Positions 54,600 to 63,444 of a stretch of 64,000 bases of DNA are shown here, in pieces; positions within the stretch are counted from its first letter, which is position 1; the number at the start of each line of letters is the position of its first letter. Made by a program: the position numbers and the translations under genes. The notes beneath the pieces were generated by a model that ran no database searches, had not been told where the DNA came from, and was given only the letters and a program-made list of their open reading frames with translations. Source of the stretch: Gemmatimonadota bacterium (GTDB lineage: Bacteria; Gemmatimonadota; Gemmatimonadetes; Gemmatimonadales; GWC2-71-9); assembly GCA_041477065.1 (NCBI GenBank), contig JBGOUQ010000002.1, positions 82,033-146,032 of the forward strand, given 5' to 3'.

Positions 54600-55910
54600 C
54601 TACGCCGCCGACAGGCTGCGCGACCCCATCTGCACCCCGATGCTCTCGAGAAATGCCGACGGCGGCGTGCCACCGGCGAACACCCACACGTAGTCATTCG
54701 GAACTTCTCTCCGGGTCCCCTGGGCCTCGATCACAACGCTGCCCGCGCGCACTTCGAGCGGTGCGGAGCTGAAACAGACGGCGATCTGGCGGCGCCGGAT
54801 CGCCTCCGCGATCCGCTCCTCGTTCCTCCCCTTGAGACGGGTGAAGGCCTCCTTGCGATAGGACATGGTGACTTTATTCCCCCGCTGGTGCGCGAGGCCG
54901 AGGGCTGCTTCCACGGCGCTGTCGCCGCCACCCACCACGAGGATCCGATTGTCCCGGTAGCTCTCGGCGTCGATCAGGTGATACATCACCTTGGGCAGCT
55001 CTTCGCCCGGGATGTCGAGCTTGCGTGGCGTCCCCCGCCGGCCGATCGCCAGGATCACGTTGCGGGCGCGGTAGCTCCCCTGGGAAGTCTCGATCGTGAA
55101 GCCTCCGTTCGATTCCGGGCGGATGCGGTCCACCCGCTCGCCGGTGCGGATCCTGACGCGGGTGTCCCGCACGACCTTCGCCCACAGGTCGAGCAGAGCT
55201 TCTTTCGATATCTCCAGCTTCTTGAACTTGCCGTAGAGCGGCAGCTCGAACGGGCTCGTGAGCACTAGTTTCTGCCGGGGATACTTCGCGACGCTGCCTC
55301 CGAGCTCCTCCTGCTCGAGCGTGAGGTAGGACAGTCCGAGCTCGTGCGCCCGGAGTGACGCGCTCAAGCCCGCCGGCCCGGCGCCGACCACGCACACATC
55401 GACGATCCCCCCGCCGTTTCCAGTCCGGCCGTGAGCCAAGCGCCGGGCCAACGTGTCGACGGCATCGCGCCCCTGGTTGATGGCGTTCTTGACCAGGGCC
55501 AGGCCGCCGAGCTCGCCGACCACGAAAAGTCCGGGGACGCTCGACTCCAGCTCGGGAGTCAGGAACGGGGTGTCCGCGGACACGCTGGGCGGCGCCATGA
55601 CGATCTGGATCGCGCCGACCGGGCACGCATCGGCGCACAGCCCGTGTCCGATGCACTTCTGGGGGTTCACGAGGGCCGCTTTTCCGCCGACCACCGCCAG
55701 CACCTCGCCTTCGGGGCAGACCCTGACGCACGCCCCGCAGCCGATGCAGTGGGAGATGTCGATGCGCGGGTGCTGGGCGCGCGGGCCTTCCTGCAGCACG
55801 CGCGCGCGGGAGGCGGCGTCACGCGCCGCCGCCTCGCGGCGGCGGAAGCGACGCAGCTGCCGCCACAGAGCGAGCACGAGAATCGCCGCCACTCCGAGAT
55901 TGAAGAGCAT
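54600..55910 (-). CDS. membrane-anchored 2x[4Fe-4S] ferredoxin domain fused to an FAD/NAD(P)-binding (thioredoxin-reductase-like) oxidoreductase
   Basis: ORF 54600..55961 (GTG 55961; ATG 55910 gives MLFNLGVAAILVLALW as an N-terminal TM). CIGCGACVRVCP and CIGHGLCADACP cluster motifs. Dinucleotide folds VCVVGAGPAGLSA and ILVVGGGDSAVEAA. Confidence 0.75.
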   Translation of the reverse strand: MLFNLGVAAILVLALWRQLRRFRRREAAARDAASRARVLQEGPRAQHPRIDISHCIGCGACVRVCPEGEVLAVVGGKAALVNPQKCIGHGLCADACPVGAIQIVMAPPSVSADTPFLTPELESSVPGLFVVGELGGLALVKNAINQGRDAVDTLARRLAHGRTGNGGGIVDVCVVGAGPAGLSASLRAHELGLSYLTLEQEELGGSVAKYPRQKLVLTSPFELPLYGKFKKLEISKEALLDLWAKVVRDTRVRIRTGERVDRIRPESNGGFTIETSQGSYRARNVILAIGRRGTPRKLDIPGEELPKVMYHLIDAESYRDNRILVVGGGDSAVEAALGLAHQRGNKVTMSYRKEAFTRLKGRNEERIAEAIRRRQIAVCFSSAPLEVRAGSVVIEAQGTRREVPNDYVWVFAGGTPPSAFLESIGVQMGSRSLSAA

Positions 55911-56175
55911 GAGTCCCGATGCCTCCAGGCGTCCGACCCGACGCCGTGCGTCGTGGATCACAATCTCTGTCGTCGATCACACAATTCGCGGTCACGCGTT
56001 TGTGAATCGATTCGATGCAGCATGATCCGCAACGAGTCAGATCCACAAACGGCCGGCTCACACTCGGGAATCGGAAAACTCCCGGTGCGCAACGCGTTCG
56101 CTCATTTCTCGGTGCAGGGCGTGGTCCTTGCGTGTCGCACGCCGCGTGCCGCGGCACTCCGATCGTTCCGCCACC

Positions 56176-57174
56176 ATGACCGCGCTCCTGCGCCCCAGCC
56201 CGGTCGGCGTGCAAGCACCCGACACACGATTCGCGTCCCCGCCCGGACGCGTCTCGGGTGACCTGCGGGTCTCAGGCGGCGTCCGAGTTTCCGGCGGCAC
56301 CGAAGCCCCGGCCCGCGCGGCGCGGCGACGCTGGTTGCTGCTCGGGTTGATCCTGTTGGGCGGGATCACCCTCCTGGGCTCCCCGTACTACTTCGCCCCC
56401 GCCGCGGATCGCGTGCGCTCGCCGCTGCACCCCTGGCTGCGGCCGTCCGGATACGTCGGCCAGGCGGCGGGGATTCTCTCGCTCGTGATCTTCGTGAGCT
56501 TGTGGCTCTATCCGCTGCGACGGCGGCTCCGCTGGCTTTCCTTCACGGGCACCATGGCGCAATGGCTGAATGCGCATGTGGCGCTCGCCCTCCTCCTGCC
56601 GCTCCTCGCCGCGGTACACGCCAGCTGGCATTTCCGCGGCGTGATCGGACTTGGCTATGACGCGATGCTCGCGGTGTGGCTGAGCGGAATGGTCGGGCGG
56701 TACCTCTATGTCCGGATCCCGCGCAGCAAGACGGGCCTCGAGCTCGGCGCCGAGGAGCTGGCCAAGACGCGCCATGCACTGCTGGGCGAAATCGCCAAGC
56801 GCTCGCGGATGCCCGTGGAAGAGATCCAGACGATCCTGGGAGACGACCCCTGGCCCTGCGAAGGGCTCGGACTGGGGGCGACCCTACGGCAGCTCGTCTC
56901 CGATGACTTCGCCCGGTGGCGGGCGACCCGCGTGCTGGCGCGGACGGTCGCCGCCCGGGCGGGCGGGCGGCTAGACCGCGGCACCCTGCGCCGGGTCCGC
57001 AAGCTCGCCCGGCGCGAGATGTCTCTGACCCAGCAGGCACGGATGCTCGCCGGAACGCAGCGCCTGTTCCGGTTCTGGCACGTGGTGCACCGGCCGTTCG
57101 CGATCGCAGCGCTCGTCGCGGTGCTGGTGCACGTCACCGTGGCGGTGGCGATGGGCGCCACCTGGCTGTGGTGA
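56176..57174 (+). CDS. 5-TM membrane protein with two H-x13-H helices (dihaem cytochrome-b-like) and a soluble insert of about 130 aa
   Basis: Met 56176 inside ORF 56128..57174. TM helices include NAHVALALLLPLLAAVHASWH and WHVVHRPFAIAALVAVLVHV. No family recognised by eye. Confidence 0.65.
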   Translation: MTALLRPSPVGVQAPDTRFASPPGRVSGDLRVSGGVRVSGGTEAPARAARRRWLLLGLILLGGITLLGSPYYFAPAADRVRSPLHPWLRPSGYVGQAAGILSLVIFVSLWLYPLRRRLRWLSFTGTMAQWLNAHVALALLLPLLAAVHASWHFRGVIGLGYDAMLAVWLSGMVGRYLYVRIPRSKTGLELGAEELAKTRHALLGEIAKRSRMPVEEIQTILGDDPWPCEGLGLGATLRQLVSDDFARWRATRVLARTVAARAGGRLDRGTLRRVRKLARREMSLTQQARMLAGTQRLFRFWHVVHRPFAIAALVAVLVHVTVAVAMGATWLW

Positions 57175-57180
57175 GGCGGC

Positions 57181-58878
57181 GTGCGACGTGGTCTATCGCT
57201 CGGCCTCTTCCTCCTGCTCCACGCGCCGGCCGTGAGCGCCCAGATCTCCCCCGGCCCGCTGGCGCGGGCGCACGCCTCGCTCGAGGGCGCGCTCCGCTGC
57301 ACGACCTGCCATACGGGGGGGCGCCAGGCCCTCTCCGCCAACTGCCTCGCCTGCCACAAGGACATCGGCTGGCTCGTCCAGCGGGAGCGCGGATTCCACG
57401 CCTCGACGGGAGGCGCAACCTGCGCCTCCTGCCACCCCGACCACGCCGGGGAGTCGTTCGCGTTGATCAAGTGGCCGGAGGGCGACTCGGAGCACTTCGA
57501 TCACACCCGTGCCGGGTGGCCGCTCGACGGGCGCCATGCGCGCGCGACCTGCGCCGATTGCCATACGGCCAAGTACCGCGTCTCCGAAGCCACATTGCTC
57601 TCCGTCCGGAAGACCGGCGCTGGGTGGACGGGGCTCGAGCGCACGTGCACCGCCTGTCACGAGGATCCGCATCGGGGCGCGCTCGACCACACGTGCGTCA
57701 CATGCCATGACACCAACCGCTGGCACGAAACCCCGCGGTTCGACCACGTGCGGACCCGCTACCCGTTGACCGGCAAGCATGCGGCCGTGGCGTGCGACAA
57801 GTGCCACCTCGACGCCCGGCTCGGCCTGCGCGCCGACGCCCGGGGCAGGCCGGTGCCGCTGTTTCGACCGCTCGCCTTCGGCCAGTGCTCGGCATGCCAC
57901 ACCGACCCCCACGCAGGCCGGCTCGGGCCCAAATGCGCCGCCTGTCACGTGACCGGAGGGTTCAAGGTGTTCGAAGCGGCGAGCTTCGATCACGAGCGCA
58001 CGCACTACCCGCTGCGCGGGGCCCATCAGCGGGTGTCCTGCGAGGGCTGCCACGATTTCTCCGACCGTCCGGGCGCGCGCCGCAATCCGGTCGCCTTCGC
58101 CGCCTGCGGCGACTGCCATAAGGACCCCCACGGCGCCACGGCCACCCTTGCCGGAAGAGTGGTGGACTGCAGCGCCTGCCACGACCTCGCGGCCTTCACA
58201 CCGTCCACGTTCACCGCGGTGCGTCACCGCGATGCCCGCTATCCCCTCGAGGGGCGCCACGCGGCCGTTCGCTGCGCCGATTGCCACGTGAAAACACCGG
58301 CGACGGCCGGCGGCCTGTGGGGGACGGCCCGCGTCGTGATCCGGCCGCCCTATGCCCGCTGCCGCGACTGTCACACCGACGATCCGCATCGGGAGCGCAC
58401 CGAGCAGGACTGCCGCGATTGCCACGACCTGCACGGGTACCGCCCGTCGACCGTGACCGTCGGGGCGCACCTGAAATACCGCTTCGCGCTCGAAGGGGCG
58501 CACCGGGCCGTTCCGTGCGCGGGGTGCCACCGCGAAATCCAAACGGTGGCTGCGGGGCCCCGAACGGCCGCCGGGGGCCTGTTCCCACCCCTGCGATTCA
58601 GCGCCCCTCAGACGTGCGCCCAATGCCACACCGGCCCTCACGGGGGGCAGTTCGCCGCGCGGGCGGATGGAGGTCGATGCGACGCTTGTCACGACCCCGA
58701 CGTCTGGCGGCCGGCGGCGCGCTTCGATCACGACCGCGACGCCACGTTTTCGCTGAAGGGTGCGCACACCGGCGTCCCCTGCCAACGCTGCCACCGGCCG
58801 GCCGGCCCGGGCTTGGACCGCATCTACCGGCCGGTCACCGCGAAGTGCGAGAGCTGCCACGGATCGGAGGCAAGATGA
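57181..58878 (+). CDS. exported multihaem cytochrome c, 20 CxxCH motifs (c7/c3-type repeats)
   Basis: 565 aa. Signal peptide MRRGLSLGLFLLLHAPAVSAQ. I counted 20 CxxCH motifs. The recurring unit is FDH..T.YPL.G.H..V.C..CH. Confidence 0.9.
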   Translation: MRRGLSLGLFLLLHAPAVSAQISPGPLARAHASLEGALRCTTCHTGGRQALSANCLACHKDIGWLVQRERGFHASTGGATCASCHPDHAGESFALIKWPEGDSEHFDHTRAGWPLDGRHARATCADCHTAKYRVSEATLLSVRKTGAGWTGLERTCTACHEDPHRGALDHTCVTCHDTNRWHETPRFDHVRTRYPLTGKHAAVACDKCHLDARLGLRADARGRPVPLFRPLAFGQCSACHTDPHAGRLGPKCAACHVTGGFKVFEAASFDHERTHYPLRGAHQRVSCEGCHDFSDRPGARRNPVAFAACGDCHKDPHGATATLAGRVVDCSACHDLAAFTPSTFTAVRHRDARYPLEGRHAAVRCADCHVKTPATAGGLWGTARVVIRPPYARCRDCHTDDPHRERTEQDCRDCHDLHGYRPSTVTVGAHLKYRFALEGAHRAVPCAGCHREIQTVAAGPRTAAGGLFPPLRFSAPQTCAQCHTGPHGGQFAARADGGRCDACHDPDVWRPAARFDHDRDATFSLKGAHTGVPCQRCHRPAGPGLDRIYRPVTAKCESCHGSEAR

Positions 58879-60122
58879 AGCACGTCGCCGCGCTGGTCTG
58901 CGGGCTCCTGCTGTGCGCTCGCGGCGCCCGCGCGCAGGGCACGACCCGGTCGCCTCACGGCCCGCTCTCTGTCGAGTGCGCCGTGTGTCACCGTCCCGAA
59001 AGCTGGACCGCCATCCGGAGCGACAAGTTCGACCACGGTAAAGCCGGGTGGCCGCTCGAGGGAGCCCACGCGCAGGTCGCCTGCCGCACCTGCCACAAGT
59101 CGTTGGACTTCAAGGGGGCGCCGCGCGCCTGCGCCGGCTGCCACGAAGACCTGCACCGGGGCGAGCTCGGCAACGACTGCGTGCGGTGCCACACGCCGCG
59201 CAGCTTCCAGGACCGTACGGCGATGGTGCGGGCCCACGCGACCACGCGCTTCCCACTGGACGGCGCCCACACCGTCGCGGACTGCCAGGCCTGCCACAAG
59301 TCCGCGGCCCAGGGCGCCCTTGCGTTCGTCGGCAGCCCGACGCGCTGCGAGGACTGCCATATGCCCAGCTACGTGGCGACCTCGAACCCTAACCACCGGG
59401 CCGCCTCGTATCCGACCGATTGCATCAGCTGTCACGTCACCTCCACCTGGGCGCGGGCCCGGTTCGACCACAGCGCGTCGGGCTTCCCGCTGACCGGGGC
59501 CCACGCCGCGGTCGCCTGCGACCAGTGCCACAAGAACAACCGGTTCAACGGCACGCCGACCGCTTGCGTGGCGTGTCACCAGACCGACTACAACGGGACG
59601 ACCGACCCGGCTCACGGGAACGCCGGCTTCTCCACGAGCTGCGAGTCCTGCCATACGACCGCGACCTGGCAGGGCGCCAAGTTCAACCACAACGCGTCCG
59701 GCTTCCCGCTGACCGGGGCACACACCGCGGTGGCGTGCGATCAGTGTCACAAGAACGGGCGGTTCAGCGGAACGCCGACCACCTGTGTGGCGTGCCACCA
59801 GACCGACTACAACGCCACCACCGACCCTGCCCACGTGAGCGCGGGCTTCTCCACGAGCTGCGAGTCCTGTCATACGACCACGACTTGGCAAGGCGCCAAG
59901 TTCGACCACGATGCCCAGTTCTTCCCGGTCTACTCGGGGGTGCACCGCGGCCGGTGGTCTTCCTGCTCGGACTGCCACACCGTGGCCAACGACTTCTCGC
60001 AGTTCACCTGCGCCAAGTGCCACACTCCAGCGGGGATGGCGAGCAAGCATCGGGGCGTCTCGGGCTTCGGGCCGAACCCGCAGGACTGCCTGCGCTGTCA
60101 CCCCACCGGGCGGGCAGGATGA
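58875..60122 (+). CDS. exported multihaem cytochrome c, 16 CxxCH motifs
   Basis: ATG 58875 inside ORF 58281..60122 (ATGA overlap with the upstream stop). Signal MKHVAALVCGLLLCARGARAQ. I counted 16 CxxCH motifs. Contains an internal 73-aa tandem duplication. Confidence 0.9.
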   Translation: MKHVAALVCGLLLCARGARAQGTTRSPHGPLSVECAVCHRPESWTAIRSDKFDHGKAGWPLEGAHAQVACRTCHKSLDFKGAPRACAGCHEDLHRGELGNDCVRCHTPRSFQDRTAMVRAHATTRFPLDGAHTVADCQACHKSAAQGALAFVGSPTRCEDCHMPSYVATSNPNHRAASYPTDCISCHVTSTWARARFDHSASGFPLTGAHAAVACDQCHKNNRFNGTPTACVACHQTDYNGTTDPAHGNAGFSTSCESCHTTATWQGAKFNHNASGFPLTGAHTAVACDQCHKNGRFSGTPTTCVACHQTDYNATTDPAHVSAGFSTSCESCHTTTTWQGAKFDHDAQFFPVYSGVHRGRWSSCSDCHTVANDFSQFTCAKCHTPAGMASKHRGVSGFGPNPQDCLRCHPTGRAG

Positions 60123-61738
60123 GGGGCCGCGTCGCGGCAGTCTTGCTCGCGGGCTTGCTCTTCGCGGGAACGGGGTGGGCGCAGGGGGTGGCGGGGGGCA
60201 GCCCGCCCCAAGCCCTTCCTCCCCGCGTCGCGCAGGTCACCTACGTCACCGGCGATCAGGTGTACGTGAGCGCGGGACGGCTGGACGGGCTCGCCGAGGG
60301 ACGCGAGCTGCAGGTGGTGCGCGGCCGGAGCGACTCGGTCGTCGCCACGCTGCAAGTGCTGTACGTCTCGTCGCACCAGTCGGCGTGCAAGATCGCGCGC
60401 GGCGCGGCGGACGTAGCGGCCGGCGATCGGGTGCGGTACACCTCGGCGGTCGTCGTGGCGGCGGCGCCCGCGCCCACCGGCGCTCCGGCGGCCGGGGCTC
60501 CGGCGCGGTCCTCGCCCCGGGGGCGGAGCAGTCCGGGGCTGCATGGCCGCGTCGCGGCGCGGTACGTCTGGACGCGCGAGATCGGGATCGGGCGATTCGC
60601 GCAGCCCGCGTTCGACGCGCGGCTCATGGGTGTCGGCCTCGGCGGAACGGCGCTCGGGCTCGTCGCGGATGTCCGGGGTCGCGCCACCATGTCGTCGCTG
60701 GTCGCCGGCAGCTCGCTGGGTGACGGCCAGACGGACGTGTACCAGCTCGCGCTGTTGTGGAACCAGCCCGGCGCGCCGGTCCGGATGGCGATCGGCCGCC
60801 AGTATCTGACGACGGTGTCTTCGATCGTGCTGCTCGACGGCGTATTGAGCGAGGTGAGCAGCCAGCGGGTCGGCCTCGGCGTGTTCGGCGGCGCGGAGCC
60901 GGCTCCCGACGGCTTCGGGTTTTCGGCCGCGGTACGGGACTACGGCGGGTACCTGCAGCTGCGCAGCGCCCGGGGGTCGAGCGCGCCCTGGATGATCACC
61001 ACCGGGGTGGTCGGCTCCTATCGGTCGGGGCTCGCCAACCGGGAGTTCGGCTTCCTGCAGGCGAGCTACTCGAGCCGGGCCTTCACCTTCAACGCGTCCC
61101 AGGAAGTGGACTACTACCGCTCGGTGAAGCAGGCGGCCGGGGAGCCGCGGGTCTCCTTCACGAGCAGCTACGTGAGCGCTTCGCTCCATCCCGGCGCGCT
61201 GCGACTCGATGCCGGGGTCAACAGCCGGCGCAACGTCCGGTTGTACAGTGACGTCGCCAACCCCATCACGGCGTTCGACGATCGGTACCGTCGCGCCGCA
61301 TGGGGCGCGGTGGGCCTGTCCGGCCGACGTCTGCGGTTCCGCGTCGAGGGTCGCACCACCGGTGGAGGCACCTCCGGGCGGGCGACGGCGCTCACCGCTT
61401 CAGTCGGCGCCGACCGTGTCGCCCCGTTCAATCTGGGTGTCTCTGCGCGGGTCACGCGCTATCGCTCCACGCTCATCGCGGGGGAAACCAGCGGATGGCT
61501 GGAGAGCGTCCGCCTCGGCGCCGATCCCATCGCCCCGCTGCACCTCGAGCTCACGGGCGGCGAGCGGCGGGAAGCGAATCCCCTGCTCTCACCGGGCCTG
61601 CGTCGCACCGTCTGGTACGGCGGGGAGGCGGACGTTGGGATCGCCCGCGCGTGGTTCCTGCTCGCATCCGCGAATCGCGAGACCGGACCCGATGGACCGC
61701 TCGATCAAGCGTACGTGAGTCTCAGCTACCGCTTCTGA
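60119..61738 (+). CDS. exported protein, probable outer-membrane beta-barrel (C-terminal ...LSYRF)
   Basis: ATG 60119 inside ORF 59420..61738 (ATGA overlap). Signal MRGRVAAVLLAGLLFAGTGWAQG. A small N-terminal beta domain, an Ala/Pro-rich linker, then about 400 aa of alternating-pattern sequence ending in Y-R-F. Confidence 0.7.
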   Translation: MRGRVAAVLLAGLLFAGTGWAQGVAGGSPPQALPPRVAQVTYVTGDQVYVSAGRLDGLAEGRELQVVRGRSDSVVATLQVLYVSSHQSACKIARGAADVAAGDRVRYTSAVVVAAAPAPTGAPAAGAPARSSPRGRSSPGLHGRVAARYVWTREIGIGRFAQPAFDARLMGVGLGGTALGLVADVRGRATMSSLVAGSSLGDGQTDVYQLALLWNQPGAPVRMAIGRQYLTTVSSIVLLDGVLSEVSSQRVGLGVFGGAEPAPDGFGFSAAVRDYGGYLQLRSARGSSAPWMITTGVVGSYRSGLANREFGFLQASYSSRAFTFNASQEVDYYRSVKQAAGEPRVSFTSSYVSASLHPGALRLDAGVNSRRNVRLYSDVANPITAFDDRYRRAAWGAVGLSGRRLRFRVEGRTTGGGTSGRATALTASVGADRVAPFNLGVSARVTRYRSTLIAGETSGWLESVRLGADPIAPLHLELTGGERREANPLLSPGLRRTVWYGGEADVGIARAWFLLASANRETGPDGPLDQAYVSLSYRF

Positions 61739-61750
61739 CGGGGAGGCACC

Positions 61751-62089
61751 ATGGCCGGCATCCGGTGGATTCCGACGGCGCACGACCCGCACAAAATGAT
61801 CGCGGAAGCGACGCTCCAGGCGTTGCGCGCGGTCCTGACCGCCACACGTCCGTCGCTGCCCGGAGTGCGAGACGGGACCGCCGTCGAGCCGGTGACCATT
61901 CGGGTGGAGGATCACCCGATCCTGTCGGAGGTCGGCGGTGTCGCTCGCGTGGGCCGGGTGGCAGTGGCGCGGATCAGCCGGGCGAGCTTCGTAGCGTATG
62001 AAATGGACCTGGCGGGACTTCACGAGCTGCCGGTGGAGAACGACCCCGCGGCGGGCCTGCTGCGGGTCCGCCGGGGCCGGCAGGTTTGA
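61751..62089 (+). CDS. hypothetical protein (112 aa)
   Basis: ATG preceded by GGAGG. GC-rich third positions. Lies 12 nt after the beta-barrel gene. No family recognised. Confidence 0.45.
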   Translation: MAGIRWIPTAHDPHKMIAEATLQALRAVLTATRPSLPGVRDGTAVEPVTIRVEDHPILSEVGGVARVGRVAVARISRASFVAYEMDLAGLHELPVENDPAAGLLRVRRGRQV

Positions 62090-62137
62090 CTTCACCCGCC
62101 CGCCCCATTAGGGTTCCTATCGCGTTCACCTGTCCAG

Positions 62138-62176
62138 GCGGGACTTGGCCAAGCGCCGGTCCCGCTTCTGTTTTTT
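62138..62176 (+). terminator. hairpin plus T-tract (intrinsic-terminator-like)
   Basis: GCGGGAC (62138-62144), a 14-nt loop, GTCCCGC (62159-62165), followed by TTCTGTTTTTT (62166-62176). Lies 22 nt upstream of the infA start. Confidence 0.45.
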
Positions 62177-62198
62177 CGACCTTCATTCCGGCGGGCCC

Positions 62199-62417
62199 AT
62201 GGCGAAGGAAGAGGCGATCGAGATCGACGGGACCGTCGCGGAGGTGTTGCCCAACGCCACCTTCCGGGTCCTGCTAGTGAACGGCCACAACGTGCTCGCC
62301 ACCGTGGCGGGGAAGATGCGGCGCTTCCGGATCCGCGTGCTCGCGGGCGATCGGGTGACCCTCGCGGTGTCCCCGTACGATCTCACGCGGGGCCGCATCA
62401 CGTTCCGCCACAAGTGA
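62199..62417 (+). CDS. infA: translation initiation factor IF-1
   Basis: [72 protein letters not shown]. 72 aa, canonical IF-1 S1-like sequence. The longer ORF from 62145 is an upstream extension. Confidence 0.95.
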   Translation: MAKEEAIEIDGTVAEVLPNATFRVLLVNGHNVLATVAGKMRRFRIRVLAGDRVTLAVSPYDLTRGRITFRHK

Positions 62418-63391
62418 ACGCCGCCTGGACGGCCCGCCTCGCGCCGTACCGGGGGCCGGAGTTGACCCGCAGCGTGTGGCAGCTGGCGAGCGGCGCGGCG
62501 CTGTTTGCCGGCGCTTGGGCGCTGATGTACGTCAGCCTCCGGGTCGGCTACTGGCTCACGGTGCTGCTGGCGGTGCCGGCGGCGTTTTTCCTCGTCCGAC
62601 TCTTCATCATCCAGCACGACTGCGGCCACGGTGCGTTTTTCCGCTCCTCCCGGGCGGCGGACATCGTGGGGTCGATCATCGGCGTGCTCACCCTGACGCC
62701 GTACCATTACTGGAAGAAGACGCACGCGCTCCATCACGCGACTTCGGGCAACCTCGAGCACCGCGGGTTCGGCGACATCGACACCCTGACGGTGGACGAG
62801 TACCTCGCGCGCTCGCGCTGGGAGCGGTTCAAGTACCGCGTGTACCGCCATCCGGCGGTGCTGTTCGGCGCGGGCGCCATTATCCATTTCTTCGTGCGCC
62901 ACCGGCTGCCGACCATCGTGCCGCGGCACTGGACGCGAGAGCGGCGCAGCATCTTCTGGACCGACGTCGGCCTAGCCGCGTTCGTGGTGTTGATGGCGAC
63001 GCTGGTGGGATTCCGCGCGTTCCTCCTCGTCCACCTCCCCGTGGCGTTCCTGTCGACCGTGATCGGGGTGTGGCTCTTCTACGTCCAGCACCAGTTCGAG
63101 CCGACGTATTGGGAGCACGACGAGCGCTGGGCGTATGACGCCGCGGCGCTGGAGGGAAGCTCCTACTACCGGCTCCCCAAGGTCCTGCAATGGGCGACGG
63201 GGAACATCGGGCTGCATCACATCCACCACCTCAACGCGCGGATCCCCAACTACCGGCTGCAGCAGGTGCTGGACGCCTACCCCGAGCTGCACCGCGTGGC
63301 GACACTGACCTTGTGGGACAGCTTCCGTTGCGTGCGTCTCGTCCTCTGGGACGAGCGGGCGCGCAAGCTGGTGCCGTTCCCGCGCGGGTAG
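62414..63391 (+). CDS. membrane fatty-acid desaturase
   Basis: 325 aa. The three His boxes HDCGH, HALHH and HHIHH. GTGA overlap with the infA stop. Confidence 0.9.
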   Translation: MNAAWTARLAPYRGPELTRSVWQLASGAALFAGAWALMYVSLRVGYWLTVLLAVPAAFFLVRLFIIQHDCGHGAFFRSSRAADIVGSIIGVLTLTPYHYWKKTHALHHATSGNLEHRGFGDIDTLTVDEYLARSRWERFKYRVYRHPAVLFGAGAIIHFFVRHRLPTIVPRHWTRERRSIFWTDVGLAAFVVLMATLVGFRAFLLVHLPVAFLSTVIGVWLFYVQHQFEPTYWEHDERWAYDAAALEGSSYYRLPKVLQWATGNIGLHHIHHLNARIPNYRLQQVLDAYPELHRVATLTLWDSFRCVRLVLWDERARKLVPFPRG

Positions 63392-63405
63392 CGGGCGCTG
63401 CACGG

Positions 63406-63438
63406 GCCTCGCCAACCCACCCGGGGCGAGGCAGTTTT
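63406..63438 (+). terminator. hairpin with a short T-tract downstream of the desaturase gene
   Basis: GCCTCGCC (63406-63413), an 11-nt loop, GGCGAGGC (63425-63432), then AGTTTT. Confidence 0.4.
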
Positions 63439-63444
63439 CATTCC

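Noticed and set aside
57193-60101. Two long minus-strand ORFs (57193..58860 and 58824..60101) opposite the multihaem cytochrome genes.
   Set aside because: The plus-strand frames contain 20 and 16 regularly spaced CxxCH motifs and signal peptides. The antisense frames are Arg/Gly/Ala-rich with no features.
62145-62198. A longer infA ORF starting at 62145 ([18 protein letters not shown]...).
   Set aside because: Canonical IF-1 begins at MAKEEAIE (62199). The extension runs through the terminator-like hairpin and T-tract.
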